DNA of 27,902 nucleotides from Deltaproteobacteria bacterium TL4 (GTDB lineage: Bacteria; SAR324; NAC60-12): the NCBI GenBank assembly GCA_051382335.1, contig JBBCAX010000021.1:1-27902 (forward strand), read 5' to 3'. Position numbers and translations under genes: made by a program. This document shows positions 24,701 to 27,902 of this stretch, in pieces. Under the pieces are notes generated by a model. That model was not told where the DNA came from, searched no databases, and saw only the letters and a program-made list of their open reading frames with translations. Numbering within the stretch: the stretch's first letter is position 1; the number at the start of each line of letters is the position of its first letter.

Positions 24701-26341
24701 ATGGATCCTATGGGTGATGATGATTTAGATTTTGATTTTGATGACTTGGATTTGGATAGTGACGATTCTGATGAGGCGGCTGGCAGCTCTGACGATACGG
24801 ATGTGGGCGAGCTGGAGGCCCCGGATTCCGACTTCGATTTTGATTTTGATGACAGTGGGGATTCGGCTTCAGCCTCACTATCCGGTGACAGCGATCAAGA
24901 AGAGGAACTGGATTTGGATGAGTTGGACCTTGACGAATCCTCAGACCTCATGGCGTCAGTAAAAGAACGTTCTGATACAACCATGGACATGGATTTTGAT
25001 GATTTCGATCTGGAAAGTGATGGAGACGCCATCTCAGACTTGACGCAAGACGCAGAAGATGATTTATCTTCAGAAGATGGTGACGATTTTTCCTTGGATT
25101 TGATGGACAGTGAGGAGGACAGTGAGGACCTCGGAACAGAAGAATTAGATCTTGATGATTTGGACTTGGAACAAGAGCGTGAAGAGTCTACAGAGGATTT
25201 GGATGCAAACGGAATGTTGGAGCAAGCTTCCTTGAATGAGGGTGACGAGGAAGAGGACACGGATTTGGAAGATTCTGATGATTTTGCGTTTGATGAGGAA
25301 GACGCTGATTCTGAAATAGGTCCGGGAGCCGAATCAGAAGATGCGGAAAGCTTCGATGATTTTGATTTGGATGAAGAGCTGGCGCCTGAAAGGGCTCCCC
25401 GGAAATCCCCCAGAACCGGTATCATGGATGAGGAATCGGCTCAATTTGATGTCGCTGGTGAAGCGGATGAGTTATCACAGGGCCTTGGAATAGAGACAGA
25501 AGTTGTTGGTGGAGGAACATCACCTGAAGACTCAGAACCCCTGATAGAGGACGAATCTTTGGAGTTGGGATCCTCCGACGAGTTGATGGATGGTATAGCT
25601 GAGAATGAAATGGGAACATTGGAATTATCTGACGAAAGTGCTGAAAATATTCCTTCTGAAGGCCTCTTGCTCGAAGATGAGCTGAGTTTTTCTGACGAAA
25701 CAGTACAGGAGTCGGATTTGGTATTAGACGAAAGCGGTTCCTTTGAGGAATCAGATGATGATTTGATGATGGACGAAGATTCTGAGGATATGGGTGACGG
25801 TGCGTTTGATCTAATGAAGGATGATTTAATGATGGACGAAGATTCTGAGGATGACAGTTCCGTGGAAGAGGCGTTAATGATGGACGAAGATTCTGAGGCT
25901 CTGGATGACAGTGCGTTTGGTTCGGAGGCAGAGGCGTTAATAATGGACGAAGACATGGAACTGGAAGCTGTTAGCTATCAAGCGCCCGTGGTGAAACCTC
26001 AAACCGCTGCTAAAAAAGCGACATCGCACCTTGTAACTGAATCCCCCTCAATCCCTCCTGCGGCCATTCCGGTTCCTTCTGCTGAAAAAGCGCGGACACC
26101 TGAAGTTGGAACGCAACTGTTGCTGAATGTGAATCACGAAATTGTAGTAGAAATCGGAAAAACGCAGCTAACTGGAGAGGAAATCACACAGATCACCTAT
26201 GGAAGTATCCTCGAGTTAAACAAAATCGCGGGAGAGCCTGTGGATCTGGTTTTGGATGGAAAAGTGGTTGCTCAAGGAGAAGTCGTCCTGATTAACAAAG
26301 AAAAGCTTGGTGTTCGGATTATTGGGATCACTCAAAGGTAA
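24701..26341 (+). CDS. fliN: FliN/SPOA-domain protein with a very long Asp/Glu-rich low-complexity N-terminus
   Basis: C-terminal LLNVNHEIVVEIGKTQL...GSILELNKIAGEPVDLVLDGKVVAQGEVVLI...GVRI is a FliN SPOA domain. The first ~430 aa are dominated by D/E/S/L/F. Confidence 0.8.
   Translation: MDPMGDDDLDFDFDDLDLDSDDSDEAAGSSDDTDVGELEAPDSDFDFDFDDSGDSASASLSGDSDQEEELDLDELDLDESSDLMASVKERSDTTMDMDFDDFDLESDGDAISDLTQDAEDDLSSEDGDDFSLDLMDSEEDSEDLGTEELDLDDLDLEQEREESTEDLDANGMLEQASLNEGDEEEDTDLEDSDDFAFDEEDADSEIGPGAESEDAESFDDFDLDEELAPERAPRKSPRTGIMDEESAQFDVAGEADELSQGLGIETEVVGGGTSPEDSEPLIEDESLELGSSDELMDGIAENEMGTLELSDESAENIPSEGLLLEDELSFSDETVQESDLVLDESGSFEESDDDLMMDEDSEDMGDGAFDLMKDDLMMDEDSEDDSSVEEALMMDEDSEALDDSAFGSEAEALIMDEDMELEAVSYQAPVVKPQTAAKKATSHLVTESPSIPPAAIPVPSAEKARTPEVGTQLLLNVNHEIVVEIGKTQLTGEEITQITYGSILELNKIAGEPVDLVLDGKVVAQGEVVLINKEKLGVRIIGITQR
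25754..25954 (+). repeat. Intragenic imperfect direct repeats encoding LMMDEDSE
   Basis: ATGGACGAAGATTCTGAGG occurs three times (~25769, ~25832, ~25880), with a degenerate fourth copy at ~25943 (LIMDEDME). Confidence 0.85.
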
Positions 26342-26347
26342 GGAAAC

Positions 26348-27310
26348 ATGGTACGGAAAACTTATGCGGATGTCCAACCTTATGACATCATTTCATCTCA
26401 TATCGAAAGTGGACGTTTTCAGTGGCTGGATGTGGTCATGCATCGGTGGGCTTATTTGTTGGAAACCACCTTTTTTGACACCTTGGGTGTGATTTTTGAG
26501 GTGCAACCCCAAAAAGTAGAATGGAAAGCCTTTGAGACTTTCCTGAAAGAGTTTAAAGAACAACAACCCATTTACATTTTTGAGACAGAAGCTCATGGGA
26601 AAGGCTTGTTGGTTGTTGAAAATAAATTTGCTCATTCTTGTTTGTACCAAAACCCCAAAAAGCTCCTTGAGGATCAACCCTCGCATTTACCGGCGTTGGA
26701 TTCCAAAAAGCAGGCTAAATTACATTGGGTATTGAAACAGGTTTTAAGTGATTTTGAGAAAAGCTGGCTGGGAATCGCCGAGATGCATTTGTTTTTAAAA
26801 CGGGTGACCACCCATCCTTTTCGGGCCAGGGTGATGCGTCCTTTTGAAAAATGTGTGATTGCGAAATTACTTTTCCGTACTCATGGCTTTGAGTCCAATT
26901 TAACTTTGTGTTTCCCCTACATTGCTCTTGATCCAATTTTCCATCGCTTGGAACGTAAGAAAATCCTGCCTCCGGATACTCTTGAACATAACTATCCCGA
27001 AGTGACCGCTTATTTTAAAAAACTGTTAGAGCAGACAGAATACCAGTTAACCGCTGAACTTGGAACCATAGAGATTGGTCCACAACATAACCAAACCACC
27101 TTGCAAAAAGGACAAATCTTTCCCATCCACTCCCTCGTTGGAAAAGAAGTTACCCTTCGGATCAATAACACGGCTTTGTTGACAGGTGAAGTGGGAGAAT
27201 CGGAAGATAATTACGCGATTCGGGTGTTAGGAAGTTACGAAGAGAAAAAACTGGCCTACCGTAAGCGAGCCCGCACTTTCAAATCAGCGCACTGGCCCTC
27301 TGCTTCCTGA
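26348..27310 (+). CDS. fliM: Divergent flagellar motor switch protein FliM lacking the N-terminal CheY-binding peptide
   Basis: VQPYDI...GRFQWLDVVMHRWAYLL, DFEKSW, LTLCFPYIALDPI and a C-terminal SPOA (LTAELG...LQKGQI...GEVGESEDNYAIRV). No LSQxEIDxLL motif. Confidence 0.8.
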   Translation: MVRKTYADVQPYDIISSHIESGRFQWLDVVMHRWAYLLETTFFDTLGVIFEVQPQKVEWKAFETFLKEFKEQQPIYIFETEAHGKGLLVVENKFAHSCLYQNPKKLLEDQPSHLPALDSKKQAKLHWVLKQVLSDFEKSWLGIAEMHLFLKRVTTHPFRARVMRPFEKCVIAKLLFRTHGFESNLTLCFPYIALDPIFHRLERKKILPPDTLEHNYPEVTAYFKKLLEQTEYQLTAELGTIEIGPQHNQTTLQKGQIFPIHSLVGKEVTLRINNTALLTGEVGESEDNYAIRVLGSYEEKKLAYRKRARTFKSAHWPSAS

Positions 27311-27358
27311 TCCCCGCTGCCCAAAGTTCAGGTGTAGACGGAATAGTTTTGGGGTAAA

Positions 27359-27706
27359 TTACAGCAAAAATCGAAATCCAGCTTTTTGAAGTTCTAGTAA
27401 TACTTTCTGGAGGTTTTGGAGAAGACCTTTTTGCGTTGCTTTAGAAAGGACGGCTACCGTCCCCACCACAGGTAATCCCAGCTCAATTGCAATTTGCCGA
27501 GCTTTTTTATCATCGAGGATCAAATAATCCGCTTTTCTTTCTGAGGCTAAAATGATGGATTCTGATTCTCCAATTCCCAATGTCAACCTCAACGTTTTCA
27601 ACGCTAGTTGATCTTTTATTTCGACGGACTTTATCCAGGCGGCTTCTTTTACTTCGTTCGCACCTGGTCTTCCTTCACCCAGTACAACCACTTCATAATA
27701 AACGCT
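27359..27706 (-). pseudogene. DUF3368-family PIN-domain protein, 5'-truncated
   Basis: VYYEVVVLGEGRPGANEV, LGIGESESIILA, LILDDKKARQIA...GTVAVL and GFR are typical of the family. The usual N-terminal (V)xNTSPLI segment is absent and replaced by unrelated sequence upstream of ~27706. Confidence 0.75.
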
Positions 27707-27902
27707 ATAGATAGTCAGAAAATAAATGTCGTACTTGAATTTTTTTCGGTGTAAAAAATGACCCCCTGAAAAGGCCGTGAGAGCGTTTTTCATACAACAT
27801 GAATGTCATTGATCGTAAAAATTTCAGCCCCCCTACAGGCTCTGTTAAAGAGTCCTGAGAGGATGTCCTCTAAAATTTTAGTCCTACTTTTCCTATTTGT
27901 CA

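Noticed and set aside
25754..25954. Direct repeats with spacers resembling a mini CRISPR array
   Set aside because: They are in-frame coding repeats of about 19 bp with irregular, mutually similar spacers, and no cas genes or leader are present.
24895..25956. Long Ser-rich minus-strand ORFs (176 aa and 171 aa)
   Set aside because: Antisense shadows of the GAT/GAA-rich acidic fliN region, with no independent coding signal.

Overview
A bacterial chromosomal window of roughly 40-45% GC (estimated by eye). The gene content looks deltaproteobacterial or SAR324-like, which is an inference only. The left end is a decaying accessory patch. It holds a frameshifted secreted protein that runs off the edge and looks like a bacterial teneurin-like (YD-shell) protein, an IS701/IS4-type transposase remnant, and a 222-bp inverted-repeat element. 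Next come argH and a cNMP-binding protein whose C-terminus resembles the CheY-binding tail of CheZ. Divergent from it is a sigma54-type flagellar operon, flgB-flgC-(fliE-like)-fliE-fliF-fliH-fliI, with no fliG or fliJ in the usual positions. The middle carries an orphan RiPP precursor with a tandem-duplicated NHLP leader and a 50-aa core, an orphan RecE/ExoVIII-like nuclease, a type IV pilin-lipoprotein-FlgT-like operon, and a 123-bp MITE with an 8-bp target duplication and internal REP-like palindromes. It also carries a WD40-TPR-TM-DnaJ protein, a UDP-glucuronate decarboxylase and an enlarged, divergent GlnD-like protein. The right end has a fliN-like gene with a roughly 430-aa hyper-acidic N-terminus upstream of a divergent fliM that lacks the CheY-binding peptide, then a 5'-truncated DUF3368 PIN gene. 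The best candidates for new biology are (i) an apparently rewired flagellar switch and signalling set, (ii) the double-leader NHLP precursor and (iii) the teneurin-like protein. No rRNA, tRNA or CRISPR array was recognised.
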